Assembly (NCBI GenBank): GCA_964187785.1
Contig: OZ076413.1
Location: 45,510,001-45,574,000 of the forward strand
Reading direction: 5' to 3'
Length of the DNA stretch: 64,000 nt
Source: Amphiscolops sp. MND2022
Lineage: Eukaryota
Position numbers and translations under genes: made by a program. Below are positions 25,501 through 38,084 of the stretch, piece after piece. Below the pieces are notes generated by a model, which saw only the letters and a list, made by a program, of their open reading frames with translations, had not been told where the DNA came from and made no database searches. How positions within the stretch are numbered: position 1 is the first letter of the stretch; each line of letters starts with the position of its first letter.

Positions 25501-28500
25501 AGGGTTTAGATTCAGTCAGTGGAAAACTACTTGACAGCGAAATGCTGTTGTCAATTTGCTGTTGTATTTTCAACATGCTTTTGCGAACTTAAATGGCATC
25601 TTGGACCTAAATATAATTTTCTCCTGATTTTGATTGCCGGTAACTATCTGCTCATGGAGGTTTTTATTATAAATGGATTGGTTTTAGATCAACATGGGCC
25701 GGGAGCAGTTGGGTCGCGCAACAAAACAAGAAGCAACTCGAAAGTTCGAAGAACCTTTCAGGGCCAAAATCAATCATAAAGAACTACGGGTTGCTAAGGC
25801 AAAAGCATTAGCAGAGACACTTCTGAAACAATGGAATATTCCCAGAAGTATTACAGGAATGCTGAGAAAGAAACCACGAAAGCTGAAGCGGCTTCGCGCA
25901 AGAAAATCGACGAAGACTAAAAAAGTTAGGCTTCGTCAATTTGCCGATGAAAATATGGAAGATATTCAAAATTTGATGTTTGCACCACATTTGAATGTGA
26001 ATTTCAGTCGATCAAGGTTCATAAAAAGTCACGAAGATTCTCCGTTTGTGTTTTTGCAGAGGAATCTAGCTTATCAAGTAGCTTTTGACCAAGGGCTCTC
26101 TTTGAATGAAAAAGCAACGCGTTACAAGGAAAACGTGCATCGAGTTCCTCAGTATGAATCTAAAACACTCTGGGTCCATTTGAGTCGTTTTAGAATTGGG
26201 AAAAGGAAATTTTTCAAATATCCCTTTGATATTAATGTGGAAGTTTATGTTGTCAAGCCAGGAAATCCAGGGATTGAAGACGAAACGATGGGTGAAAATG
26301 GGTCAAAAGTGAATTGCAGAAAAATTGCATCTTTCTTTTTGCCGTTTCTCGATCAAAGTCCATGCGCAAAGTTCTCTGAACGTCGATTCTATCCGAAACA
26401 GTTCTGCGAATTTCCAATCGAAATATCAGCCAACTCTTTAAAGCCAAACTCAAATTTGAATTCTACGTTAGTTATGAAAATGGAAGCTGTCCCTACAAAT
26501 TGTGGGCCTAACTTGCGGCCAAATGTGCCGAAGGGGTTTGCCTACATCGATATTGTTAAGAAAGGAGTTCTTGCATTGCCCCGAAAAAATGCATATGAAT
26601 TGGGATTGAACTTCCTTGACTGGTCTTTGCGCAAAATAAGTTACCCTACTGTTGGATTTATTGGAGCAATTAACGAGGCCCCTAATTTGGGTTTCACTGA
26701 GCGTTGTTTGTCAAAGCGGTCTGTCACTAGAATGGGTCAGTTTTACTTCAACTTAGAAACATCGTTGGACAAGAAGTCCAAAGACGTAATGGATCTTTCG
26801 CAACTTGTGGCAATTGAAGAAGAAAATGAAGATGAAGATCTAGAAAGCTACATTGAAGACAAACTGCAGAAAATGTCGCTCGAAAAGGAGCAAGTTGAAT
26901 TGAATGAACTGTCTCAGAGAAAAACAGAGCACGGACCGGAATGCGGATTTGAAAAATATAAGAAAAAATCAGCTGGGTTTTTCTGTCAAAAGAAGAAAAA
27001 ACGAGGTTTGGCCGAAATTATTCCGATGTTGGAAAAACGAGCTCTTACTAATGTATCCAAGAAAAGTTCAAATTTTAAAAAAATACAGGAAGTTTGTGTG
27101 TTGGATTCAGTTTCGCGATCGGCCGAGCTTAGTGACGAACTTGAAGGTCAGACGCTATCTTCGGAATGCCTTTACGTCGAGCCGAGAGAGTTGAATAAAT
27201 TTAATTTTTGTCCCAAATTGGGAAAGTATGTAGTTTTTGTTGGTGACAACGAGGATCAAAAAGTGGATGCCAAAAGTTCTGATGATAATACCTTCACAAA
27301 AGATGAAATGAATGAGTCTTGTGGCGATACCCATATTAAAGAGATGAATTCGAAACAAAGTGAAGAAAAAAATGACGATGATGGAACTGAACAGAGTGTA
27401 AATGATGAACAGCGCCGTTGGAAGACTTTGAATCAGTCAGTTGTCAAATTAACTGGAAATTTTGCATACGAGGAATCCAATGTGCTTCCAGTAGAGATAA
27501 ACCTAGTCCTGAACAATGGGTCGGTTGTGAAGAGAACTTTGAACTGTCTTCAATGCGTGTTTTGTGTTCGAAGATTTGACTCTTATGAAATATTGCTTTT
27601 GCATTTGAGCTACTCTCACATTGGTTACAATGTTATTCATTTCCCATCAAATCATGGATCCATGCTGGAGATTCGAGTCAACGATGAAAGTGCTCCACAG
27701 TCTAAGAGAAAACCAGTAGTTGCTCAAACCATGGTGGAAGAACCGGGTCAAATTACCAAGAAAAGTCGCGGCTACAATCAAAGAGGAAAAACGCCCAAAA
27801 ACAAGGAAAATACGGAGACTATTACTAAATCTGTGGAGTCTGCACCAGAGGTAAAAAATGAGAATGACAAAGAATCTTCTGGAAAAAATTCTCAAAAGAC
27901 GGCTGCCAATAACGACAAAAAAGTACAACAGGGTAACACGAGAACTGAGATTCAATACGAGTCTTCTTTGAATGGGTTCATATTCAAAGCTCACAAAAAG
28001 GTCGAAATTCGTGTTGCTGGGAAAGGTACTATCAACGAATCAACTGTACTTGATGACCGGAAACTAATTGTGGAGCTACCACAACCCAGTAGCGGAAAAG
28101 TTCTCAGTGAAAACCAGTTGGAACTAGCCAAAAGGAACATGATCGGTTTCATGGCACTGAATCAAGTGGGCATGTTTGCCTTGCGTAAAAGCAAGAAGTT
28201 GTTTCACAAAGTGTGCAAAACGTCGTTGACCCCTGGTGGTTTTTACCATTCCAGGGCAATGACCGAAAGGACGGCTGTTACGCAAGGGTATTGTTCGGAC
28301 AACGACGAAGATGTCTACTCTTGGTATGATGAATCTCAGCAGAGGTAAGAAAAAAATCGAACCAAATTTGCTGTTCATGCTTAGCTGGTTTTGCAAAGTG
28401 CGGAGAATTAACAGCTGTTATAATAGTTTAGTTTTTAGGGATTTTTCCGGGCGCCATGGAGTTGTCGTATTTGATCGTATGAATTAGATTTTCAAAGCGA

Positions 28501-31500
28501 CGCTTTATTGCTGATTTTAGTGTATTTTTCAAATTGGCTGGAATTTTTTGAGTTATATAAATTAGTAGTTCATTAGTAGGGCCGCGTCAATTATTCGCAT
28601 TGTATTTAGATTGATGGACGAGTATATTGACGCAACGGACAAAGAAAAACGATTCATGTTGTTGTGGAACCGCTTTTATCGGAACGTATTTCCGTTACCC
28701 GGAGATTGTAGACTGCCTATGATTGTGGACGCTTTCCTCGAAACCCATGGACGCCTGCTCCTCAACGAAGGACTCCTGGTGCCTTTAATAGCACAAATTG
28801 AAACTATGAGAACCTCTGGCATTCTGACCCAAAGTTATTCTATCCAGAAAATCATCCTAATTGAAAGACTTCGACTTCTCGAAGAATGAGGACAGTTTTT
28901 GTCGTATTTTATCCCTAATCTGACTGAAAAGCAATTTGTGTTCAATCACTGACAGAATTTTTTGACGTTCGTTGAATGACAATTTTTTATTGAATTTCTA
29001 ATTTCATTGTTTCTGATTATTTCAGTTTGATTTTATCTTCCAAAAAGTTCGAGTTTTTTGAATTCTGAACTGAACGTTTATCATTATCAGAACGTAAGGT
29101 TTTAACTTCCAGTATGCCGCTTCGAATGATTTAAAAAATCAGTTTTCATTTGGCGCTTTTTTGTAACAAAAAGTGTCCGACTTTTACATTGACAAGTTTT
29201 TTAAGACGACACTTCAAACTGAATGGTCCACTTTTTTACAGACATTACGCCAAAGTTTCAAAGGGTACCCAAGGAGGCTAAAGGCTAGTCCTTTTGAGTT
29301 TTTCGTAGTATTTACCGTATACTCGAAATTTTATGGGACCAAAGTGACCCACAGGGGTTTTTCGCCACTGTGCGAATTTCGAACGAAAAGAAAATTTTTC
29401 CGAAAAAATTTTTCATCAATTTTGCTTTTGGTTTTTAGTGAGATAAGCGTTTTCCGAGCACGGAAGGCTTCTTTCGGTTATTTTCGGAACTCATTTGTGA
29501 GATTTTCCTTGGAAAGCTATCAGTATATTTTTTGACTTGTAAGCGGAGCGCCGACTCGAGACGTTCCGTCTTGTTCATGGATGATTCAGCAATTCAGTTT
29601 TCATGGATTCCTTTGTGCGTAAATTTGAGAAATTTGTGGAATACTTGAATCAAGCAAACTTACGGGTTGTTTGGCTCTTTTCTGCACAAGTAGCTCAAGT
29701 AATCATTGAATGGCATGTAGTTTCGTTCGGTGGCTGTTCTGTAAAGACAACGTTCTATTCTGAGAGTCAAAACAATTCGCGCTTGTCCACAATTACTCAT
29801 TAATGATTAAAAAATAGATTACTCGAATGTCAAGTCCGGTGCTTCCACGCCCAAGTCCTCCTCTTCGTAGATAACGTTCTGTTGGGACTGACTTCTAGAT
29901 GTGGAGTTGAAGAAACGAGTGTCTGAAATAAACAAGAAAATCAAGTTTATCGTTTTGATGCCTTTTTTGAAAAATTTTCTTTCTGCACACTGTGCTGGAA
30001 ATGGTAATCAAAGTTTCCTTTTTCCTGTACGTTGCAAAACAACATTGGCCGAGAAACTCGCGGGCAAAGAAAACTGAGAAAATTTGAAGTGCTTTCTGTC
30101 CTATGCACACTATCTAAGCTACTGCAAACTGGCTAATCCAATTATTGCTTTTTCCAAGACGCTGGGTTACAAAACAAGTGATAAGATTTTCGGTGAATAG
30201 AAACAAGTTAGTGGACCAACCACCTCCGGGGCCGGGACTGAAAACTGAGTCTTGAGGACTGAGAGGGGTTCCTGCTCCTCCCCCGTCCTCTTCGTCTTCT
30301 GCCTCCCACTCATCTCCCCAGTCTTCTTCATGGGGAAACAGAAACAGCATGTCCCCATTCCTGAAACATGCATCGGTGACCCTACTTTGAAAAACAACCA
30401 TTTTGGGTCCACCCCATAGTCTCAAAATAAGTTCCTTCTTTTAAACACTACCATACTAACTTGAGATTGAGAAGGTATGACCGTTTTTCCATTCGAATTT
30501 ACTCCTTCATTGGCTTATTTCAACCTTGAATAGCTGGAGCTACGAAATGGTTGTATTTATCTACGTTTTGTGTACAAAATTCTGGGGTGAAAAGTAAATT
30601 TTGATTGAAACCTTATCAACGACTACAGTCAAGGAAAGTCAATGATTTTGAGGATCCGAAATTATGAAAAAGGCGATGAAAACGTAAAATACAACACCAT
30701 GAACCAACTTTATGGTATATTAATGAGCATGGAACCGCTACTTTTGAACTCTATCGAATACTTGAAGTCAGTTTCGCTTTTTGGTTTTGCTACTTGGAGA
30801 AAATGTTCGAGCAATCCCCATTGAATTCCACTGTCCATGCTGCACATCCGAAAATCAAAATTTTTCATCAAAAATTGGACGATTTGAACTTTGAATGACA
30901 TCTATCATTTTTTTAGAGTCCAATATTTCTTGCACTCTAAACTGCTGGAATTGAGTCTCTTCTCAGAAACCTTATCAGTGGACAGGGTTTGCATGTAGAA
31001 AAGAGACCTCGTTTTCAACATCGATAAAAATTGAAATTTTGACGATTTTTATAAAAAGTAATGATATTTTTGATGTTCTTTTAAAAGTCTCAAACGCTAT
31101 CATGAAATCTGTGACACCAGGGGTGGGAAAAACGTTTTTTATAATAAAAATCAATTAAAACTGTTTTTTTTTAAATAAACGTGTTTTTTGTTTTTTATGT
31201 TCTTTTCAAACTTGGTTCATTTTTCTGTATAAGAAGGTCAATTTTCCGCATTTTTCCACGTCCATTTGAAATCTCAACTTCCCATAAGTCATTCCAGCAG
31301 CCGAAAAAAACAACGTTCAAGTCCAGCAGAATTAGGAACTCCTGAGACCAGTCCCATTGCAACCTGTACTAATGAATTATCAGACCCGAGCCTTTTGCCC
31401 ATTTTCCACCATGAAGCCGGAGCAACACTTCGAAAGTTTTCGAAGCACTCTTGAAGATAGGGTCCTTCCCTGTTCATGTACTTGGCAACATTAGCCATGG

Positions 31501-34500
31501 CATTCGCATCGATAGACTTAATATAAGACAAAGCCGAATGTGTATCTTCGGGGTCCAATTTTCTCCCTTCGTATCTATGGTCAAATAAGTACGCTGCTAA
31601 AAATACAGGTGTCAAATACCGATCTCTTCTCTGCGCAACAAAGTGCTTGAAATGATCCGGACATGCATCATAACCATTGCTCAAAACAATCACCTAAAAA
31701 ATGTAATCTCCTTGCAAAGTATTTAAGGCTTTCATGACAGGACCAAGAAACTCCAGCAAACTTTTACATTCTCTTCTCAGTTGTATCTCCTCTGAAAAAC
31801 GATACACTTTGTCGAATGTTCGAGAAACTTTCTGAATACAAACAGCAATAGAAGTGTAGTTTTTCTCATAATACTTAACTAGACCGTTCATTGAACACCA
31901 TCGTGTCTCACTGGGCATTGGTGGTTTGCTCAGTCCCAACTTCCCCAACTCGGCATGAGCAGCATGATTGTTACGTAAAAATTTGGCAATTCCAATCACT
32001 TTTGAAGTTGTGTTTTTCACATCTGCTTGGTTTAATACGTCTTTAACAAGCAAATTCATTGCGTGAGGCTGACATGCAAACGTATGCAATGGGCGTTCAG
32101 TGTTTTCACTAACGATTTTTCTTATTTTCATCATATTTGCGGCATTGTCTGTAACAAGGCAAGTTATTTTTATTTCCACTCTTCTTCGCATTTCTTAATC
32201 TGAGCTTCGCAAATATCATACAAGTTCTCGAGAAGTATGAGGACAAAATAAGATGGACATTACTAAAAAAATGAAAAAATAAAAAAAACATGTTTTTGTT
32301 TTTTGTTTTTAAAACTTTTTTTTGGGTCGTTTTAAAACATGTTTTAAAACATACCCAACCATGTGTGGCACTATTGGCCAATATTGATTTTTGAGAAGAG
32401 CGACCAGTATTCACACTTCCGGTGCTCCGTTATTTTCTCGCGAATTGTTCTTCAGTGCGCTCGGTACGGTTTTCTACTGGTGTTCTGGCCGTTAACCGAA
32501 ATTCAGCTATAGTCATCGCTTTTTGTAGCTGAATTTCAAGTTGATCAAGTCCAAGTGTTCAAAAAAGCAAAGTTTTCCGAACAAAAACCGACATAGCCCC
32601 GCCACCACTGAATTTTTTCTGAAGAAATTGGTGAAAATATTAGGACAAGAAGACTAAACACCAAAACTATTTTTACATTAAATTGAAAAATTGGTGACAG
32701 TTTAGAATCTAGCTATAAACTTTGGTCACACTATTTCTTGCTATGAAGTCACGCATTCTTGATGAGGAAACCATCAGCTTCATTTTTGAGTCACAAAAAA
32801 GTTAATTCGAACATAATCACAGTCAAATTGGTGAGAAATGTTTTGTTCAAATGAAACACTATTCCGATAGAAGTTCACTTCCTGTTATAAAAATTGAAAA
32901 AATCATTTTTGATTAAACCAGTTTGAGAAAAACTTTTTAAAATTTCGTTTCAAAACTTTTTAGGTGGGCGGGGAGGCAGAAAGGAGCCGCGTTAACTTTG
33001 AGTATGGATCAAGTCAATATACATCAGTTATCCGTGATTTGCATGCTTCTTTCTAACTTGATTTTGTAGGAAGCCAAAGTTTTTCCACCCGAAGGTTTGA
33101 TCAGAATTGTTTTGTTTCTCCCCCTGTACACTCCGTACTCCTTTGGGTTGTGCAGATGGAAGGCGTGAATGACCTTCTTGTAGAACTTGCCGGTTGACAT
33201 CTGCTCTTGGATTTCTATCCTGCGAGTCATCAAATCGTCTTGTTTCTGAATTCTCACTACCTGTAACAAAATTGAATTAGCTGATGCTTCAAAACCTATG
33301 GTTTTTCAACCTGAAATCTAATCGGTGATGAGGAATGTATAAAATTAAGGCCAAAATGAATTTATCAGTTAATTGACTCATTGAAAAAAGGGAAGAAAAC
33401 AAGATCAAAACGTACGACTCAAAAAGCACAAAAGTCTTCCAAGTATGCTGGAAGACTATTTTCATGAAAACTCTGAAAAATCTCAATTCTGACATGTGCC
33501 TTTTTGGCTTTTGCCAAAATGTCAGAAAAAACATAGTTCAGCCCTTTGGTGGAATCGAGAAAGTTTGAAAAGAATCTTAAGAGTCTGGCAACTTTTATTG
33601 AGAAAATGCGTTGACTTTAAACATGTGCGAATAATGACAGAAGTGGATAATAATTTAGAAAAATTAATTGAGAGGAAATTGAATTAGACAAGCAAGCAGT
33701 AAATGGGAGGAAACGATCAATAGACTGCTTCTCAATTGCAGTTTAGAAGCTATGCTTTTTATTTTTATAAATAGGGTAGCAGAAAAATATTTCGTCTGCC
33801 ACGATTAAAATATGCCCCGCTCTAATTTTGCCCTAAACATTGAGGTCCCGTCGTTAGATTCAACGACAAAATTAGTTGAGTAGCATTTGTCTGAGATGTT
33901 TCCCCAAAAATTTTTTCAACGACAAAGACAGTATCAGCAACATTTTTGTAGAAATCTAACCAACAGTCTTCTGAGACAATGATCGAGCTTTGAAGGAAGA
34001 TGCCTCAAGTTGAAAAGGCTGAAAGTTCATGTATACAGGGCAGAAGTATACGTGTAATAGATATGCGAGCCCCTTGTTCAAGATATCTTCTTGAACTGTT
34101 GAAGCTTTATCTACACTATAGGTGAAAAGAGTTTTCGGCTACGAATAGAATCCTCTACAGTTGGTCCTCTACCGCACCTCTTGGGGGTATCTCAGTGATT
34201 ACGTTAAAAGGAGTTTGCTGTTTCGAATACCTGTTTAGGTACTTGATTTTGATTGTTTTAGAAATCAAATTGCTGTAATTACATCGATGGTTTGTATCTA
34301 TGGTTCGTTTTGGTAAGATCCGACTACTAGTCTGCGATTGTAACGAACTGATACGGTCTTGCTTGTGCAAGACAAGATGAAATCGTCGTCAACTTTTCCA
34401 TTTAATTGGGCCCATATTTGATAGGTGCCCCCTACTGAAGGCACGAGAAGCGCAAAGTATTTTGGATATGCTAGAATGCTGTTTCCATAAAAGTTCTGGA

Positions 34501-35988
34501 AATTTTCACACTGCCGGGAAATTAAAAAGGGGATTCAATGAACGCAAAGGAGGCACTTCCAAATAAAATGAGAAAAAACAAGGTGATTCTTTTAGGAAAT
34601 GACCAAAACTTCCCAAAAAATCTTAGAAGGCCAAAAAATCAAAGATCTGAATGCCATGTCATGTTAACTTCTGGTACCAGAAAAAGATTTCCATCTATCG
34701 TTTTACCATATGAAAATATATAGAAACGTTTTTGCAAAACTTTCGAAGTTGGGGGAAAAGAGCTTTACTTTTTTATGCCATTAGAAATAAAGGGTCTCCC
34801 TTATACGTTTCCATATATTTTCATATGGCGCAGGGTTCGGAAACTCTTGACACAACCTTATAGGTTGTTTTCGAATTTCAAGAAAGCGTCGACAAAAACA
34901 CAAATCAAAAATTTACTAGGGTGACACGGATATGGGGGATATTCGTTTTCGTAATAAGAGATAATCAATTTAATTGACTGTGATATCAAAAGAAGTAATC
35001 TAAGCAAGTGGCTAAGAAAACAAAAAAGAGTTTTGATAACTCATGGGAAGCTCCCTTCTTGAATGTCTGGAAGAAAGCGGTTTGAAATCTAAACAAGACG
35101 CCCGCTTCACTTCACACCGAAATACTTTCCGCCATACTTGTTTTTGTCAAAAGCAGCATGACGAAAACGAGTGTGCAAGGCCCGTCACACTATTTAAATA
35201 AGCAAAACAGTTTAGCGGAGTCAACGTCCTGTCTGGGAAAGGCTTCAGTTCGGGTTCGAACCCACGACCTATTGACTGGTAGACGGATTTTTTACAGAAA
35301 AAACAACGTAACACCGATGATGATTTTCCTCCTACCCAAATACATTTGTGAGGGCGGAAATTGAAAAACAAGTTTGATAGAATACAAAAATTGAAAATGA
35401 AGATGAATCCAAAGAAAATTAGTTTAACTGCAGCGTTCCCAAGGACAGTGCAAATCTCTTCCCGTTACAGACTCCTCTTATACCGGGAACTCTTACTAAA
35501 TTTGATTGATTATTGAATAGTTGATATCAAAATTTAAAAAAGTTGCAGCAAAAAAAACTAGAGAACACTTTTGTTTTCAGCAAAAAACAACTGCTAACTG
35601 TTTCTTGTAAGAAGTCTTTCTTGAACACATTATTAAAATGTTCTTTCCACTATTTGTCTACGATTACGAAGAAAAAATGAGTCACTATATTTTGCTTAAA
35701 TTTCCCCGTTTTTATATCCTTTAAAACTGTTGATTTTCCATGGAACTATTGGTATCTACTGCGGGGGGGGGGGTGTTTTGGCGGTTTGGGGTGCTACTCA
35801 AGTGAACTGTTAACGTGACTACTCACCCATCTACGACCCTCTTTCTTGCCGTGGTGCCCCGAAGAAGAGCCGGCAGAGGTGGTGGAGCAGGAGGCCTTTC
35901 TGCCGTGTCTGTGGTCGTCCCCTCCCCGTGAGTCATCACCGCCCCCTCCCCCACCACCGCTACTACTACCACCCATACTGGGCATCAT
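19390..35988 (-). CDS. NPLOC4: NPL4 homolog (p97/Cdc48-Ufd1-Npl4 cofactor); 14 coding exons, about 653 aa
   Basis: GT-AG exons with consistent phases: 35827-35988, 33058-33260, 30224-30360, 29823-29922, 29664-29759, 25376-25490, 24750-24929, 23393-23545, 21365-21494, 20583-20743, 20308-20379, 20026-20241, 19849-19957, 19390-19517 (1962 nt in total). Diagnostic peptides: YRHVDNLMFEN, AIYEPPQ, IGWIFTDL, SSEECIMAG, ARPLPV, FPIENR, SDFHLL. First and last exons are assigned by phase and position only. Confidence 0.93.
19849..19957 (-). CDS. NPLOC4: NPL4 exon
   Basis: SNMGALLECIREQNEAQAVEWVSKSQHWSNLLDLIN; ag/gt bounded. Confidence 0.85.
20026..20241 (-). CDS. NPLOC4: NPL4 exon
   Basis: VPAEFP...KPFPIENREH...SDFHLLIYL...IIPLW; ag/gt bounded. 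Confidence 0.92.
20308..20379 (-). CDS. NPLOC4: NPL4 exon
   Basis: TVGQDGVHRKYNARPLPVDQILVS; ag/gt bounded. Confidence 0.88.
20583..20743 (-). CDS. NPLOC4: NPL4 exon
   Basis: DTSNQIHFEALMVSDQCAALVKEE...PELIW...LYFE; ag/gt bounded. Confidence 0.9.
20810..21200. repeat. Dispersed MITE-like repeat, second copy at about 32590-32990
   Basis: Shared ttttgagtcacaaaaaagttaat...aaatgttttgttcaaa core; ends loosely inverted. Confidence 0.55.
21365..21494 (-). CDS. NPLOC4: NPL4 exon
   Basis: GEGSKLSSEECIMAGELQNKNPKFC...YGSQFVTVCVTG; ag/gt bounded. Confidence 0.92.
21655..22164 (+). mobile_element. DINE-1/Helentron-like non-autonomous element, family A
   Basis: Starts aacaagacgagaacgcctcaagtcggcgctatat; internal cacagtgccgaaaaa / ggggggacccttt repeats; ends with the hairpin agtcgggctcttttc..gaaaagcgccgact then aaaa. 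Confidence 0.75.
23393..23545 (-). CDS. NPLOC4: NPL4 exon (MPN domain)
   Basis: STTEQNIELLED...LGLQKIGWIFTDLL...CTRDK; ag/gt bounded. Confidence 0.92.
24075..24353 (-). repeat. Dispersed family B (aacaagacgcccgct... start); other copies at about 35091-35362 (+) and 50255-50605 (+)
   Basis: Shared start aacaagac(g/a)cccgct...aatattttccgc and end atgattttcctcc...cggaaa. Two copies contain gggttcgaacccacgacct B-box-like motifs. Confidence 0.65.
24750..24929 (-). CDS. NPLOC4: NPL4 exon (start of MPN domain)
   Basis: IYRHVDNLMFENQFIVERFVRAWRKTGNQRMGYMYGSY...AIYEPPQ; ag/gt bounded. Confidence 0.95.
25376..25490 (-). CDS. NPLOC4: NPL4 exon (second zf-NPL4 CHCC finger)
   Basis: FPLEPIKFSLLIGCSQHEIYPNNKCSKCNPSLIGVDKQ; ag/gt bounded. 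Confidence 0.9.
25694..28889 (+). CDS. SUZ12: SUZ12-like Polycomb PRC2 subunit; exons 25694-28344 and 28610-28889, about 976 aa; nested in an NPL4 intron
   Basis: N-terminal PFVFLQRNLAY (compare PIFLHRTLTY); C2H2 finger CVFC...LLLHLSYSH; VEFS box FYHS...SDNDED..W...MDEYIDATDKEKRFMLLWN...FLETHG. The VEFS box is split by an AG|gtaaga...tttag|A intron in matching phase. Confidence 0.87.
29664..29759 (-). CDS. NPLOC4: NPL4 exon
   Basis: IERCLYRTATERNYMPFNDYLSYLCRKEPNN, resembling HMSFHAY; gtaagt donor; phase matches the next exon. Confidence 0.78.
29823..29922 (-). CDS. NPLOC4: NPL4 exon
   Basis: DTRFFNSTSRSQSQQNVIYEEEDLGVEAPDLTF; ag/gt bounded with matching phases. Confidence 0.72.
30224..30360 (-). 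CDS. NPLOC4: NPL4 exon (end of ubiquitin-like domain plus acidic linker)
   Basis: NGDMLFLFP (compare HGDLLFLFP). The donor could alternatively be 3 nt further, at 30221. Confidence 0.82.
31118..32363 (-). mobile_element. Internally deleted hAT transposon in an NPL4 intron
   Basis: TIRs caggggtggg / cccaaccatg; 8-bp TSD tgtgacac / tgtggcac. Transposase motifs VTDNAANM, CQPHAMNL, ETRW, LAAYLFD, WW...NSAGLERCF. A stop or frameshift near 31694 and no N-terminus. Confidence 0.9.
33058..33260 (-). CDS. NPLOC4: NPL4 exon (N-terminal ubiquitin-like/UBXL domain)
   Basis: VVRIQ...TRRIEI...FYKKV...VYRGRNKT...KTLASYKIK; ag/gt bounded. Confidence 0.85.
35827..35988 (-). CDS. NPLOC4: Probable first coding exon of NPL4 (Gly/Ser-rich)
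   Basis: MMPSMGGSSSGGGG...KKEGRRW followed by a gtgagt donor in phase 0, matching the next exon. Confidence 0.65.
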
Positions 35989-38084
35989 CTTGTAATAGTA
36001 ATTCTAATAACTTCTTCAGTTTATAAGTAAATTGTCTGTCCGGTGAAAAATTTGGATCGAAAGGTGTTGTAAAATTTTATGAAGTAATTTTTATGGAATC
36101 TATTTATGCAAAAAACATCACATTATTTCATCAACCTTTTTACCTTTCTTCCGCCCAACAGTTTGAAGAAAATAATGAGATTTTTTTCAACCGGTTTCAG
36201 CGTTTCCTGCAAAGTCTGCTTCAAAAAGAAAAGCTAGAATAACTGTTGATCTGGAAAACTGAGACCATCTCAGAAAATTGACACGTGATGGGTTCTTGGC
36301 TTCAAAAATTTTTAGATCCTTAAAAAAGCCATTTTTTTCACTCAAAATTACTCTTCCGATCCAATTATTCAATAAGAATTCGAGATTACTAATGAATTCG
36401 CAGCGAAACAAACCAAAGTCTACAGCTGTTATGAATTCCTTCAGATACAGAAGGCAACAAAAATCGAAATACGTGCCCTCGATTTCTCTTGCAACCCTAA
36501 TCCCCAAAACGCACTTGACTAATCCCAGTGAAATGTTCCAAAACTTAACAACAATCTGAAACAACCTCTGACGAGTGAGGAATTAATGGAACCCCTGACG
36601 CGTTCTATATTCAGAGATAAACGTGGGGATATAAAAGCATGGAAAGTTAATGGTTGATTTTATATAACACACACCTTTTAGTTTGAATACGTCGTAAACT
36701 AACCTCTTGTATTTCATGAATTCAGCAGGTGGTGTTAATCAGAAAGGGAACTCCGAATTTTATGAAAACACTGCAAAATGATAACTCTTCGTATAATTGA
36801 GTACTGTTGAAGTTGCAGTAGGTTCTAAAGTATTATTCCATCAAGTCGGACTTGAAAGCTGAATGCTGAGTAACAACACTTTGTTATTTTAGTGGCAAGC
36901 CCGAATTTTTCATCATGTACTTGAGAAACTCCATAAAACTCCAGGAAATCATTTTCGCAGACAAGCCTAATACCTGAATTTTTGCAGTTGCAACCAAATG
37001 TCGGAATCAAGTTTTCGTCTTGCTAGACTAAGAAGCTAAAGACAATCGATCTAGATGACAAAATTTTCATTTTGCAGTAAATATTTACATAATCAATTGA
37101 CACGAGAGCGAAACATACGATCACAATTACGGGGGTAATTTTTGTTTGAAATCGAATAAAAGAGGTTTTTCTTCTAACCACTATTTTTCGAGATATTGTG
37201 TAATAAAATTGAAAATAATCTAAAACTCTTCGAAATACGATTTGATATAACCTTTGAAAATTTGTTTGAGTAACTCTTGCTCTTAATCAATTTCAAATAT
37301 ATCAAGTAATATTGCGCTTTGAAAAATGTCGTTAGCCACATCGAGCGTGTCCAGCTTTTTGGTACCGTGGCATGTTTTTCTGTGTCTCATAGCGTCTAAA
37401 AGACAATCTTAACAACCATTCGAGACCAGATTTGAATTGCGTGAAAGTGCAAAAACAGGAATGCGGCTTTATCCGTTATACCTGACTGGAAAAATTGCTA
37501 TGAAAAACAAAAAAACATAGGCGCAACTGCCATTGCGCGACGGCTCCGAGCAGACGACCTCTTTGAGAGAGCCCAGGAGTAATGGGTTCAACGGAAGTGC
37601 GCCCAAGCACCCCCAATTGCATGGGGTACGTCAAAATACACTTTCTTCGCAAAAAAATCGCAAAAAACCCCATAAAATTTCAATTTTTATTCGCCATTTT
37701 CTCAACGCCCAATAATTGTAAGATAACGAAACTTTCACGACCTTAAGGAAGACATCCTCAAGCGTCAGTTGGTACCTATTTTGAGACGGCTCGATATGGT
37801 TCAAGTGGTAAAATTACACGAAATCGGAAAAAAACGCTGAAAATTTTCGCAAAAATCGTGTTTTCGAAGCTAGTAAAATCGCCCAGGCAAAAAATTTTCG
37901 GAACCTTTTTACATGGCCAGAAAGGGCATTCAGTTGCGGATCTGTTTTTGAAATTTTGAATTGTCTCGGAGAATTAGGCTTGGAGAAAATCAGCCGAAAC
38001 TTTTACAAATGCAGAGGGATGTCACGTTTTGGCGAAAACAAAACTAAACGCAAACAATAAGGCCCTCGCTTCGCTCGTCGCCTT

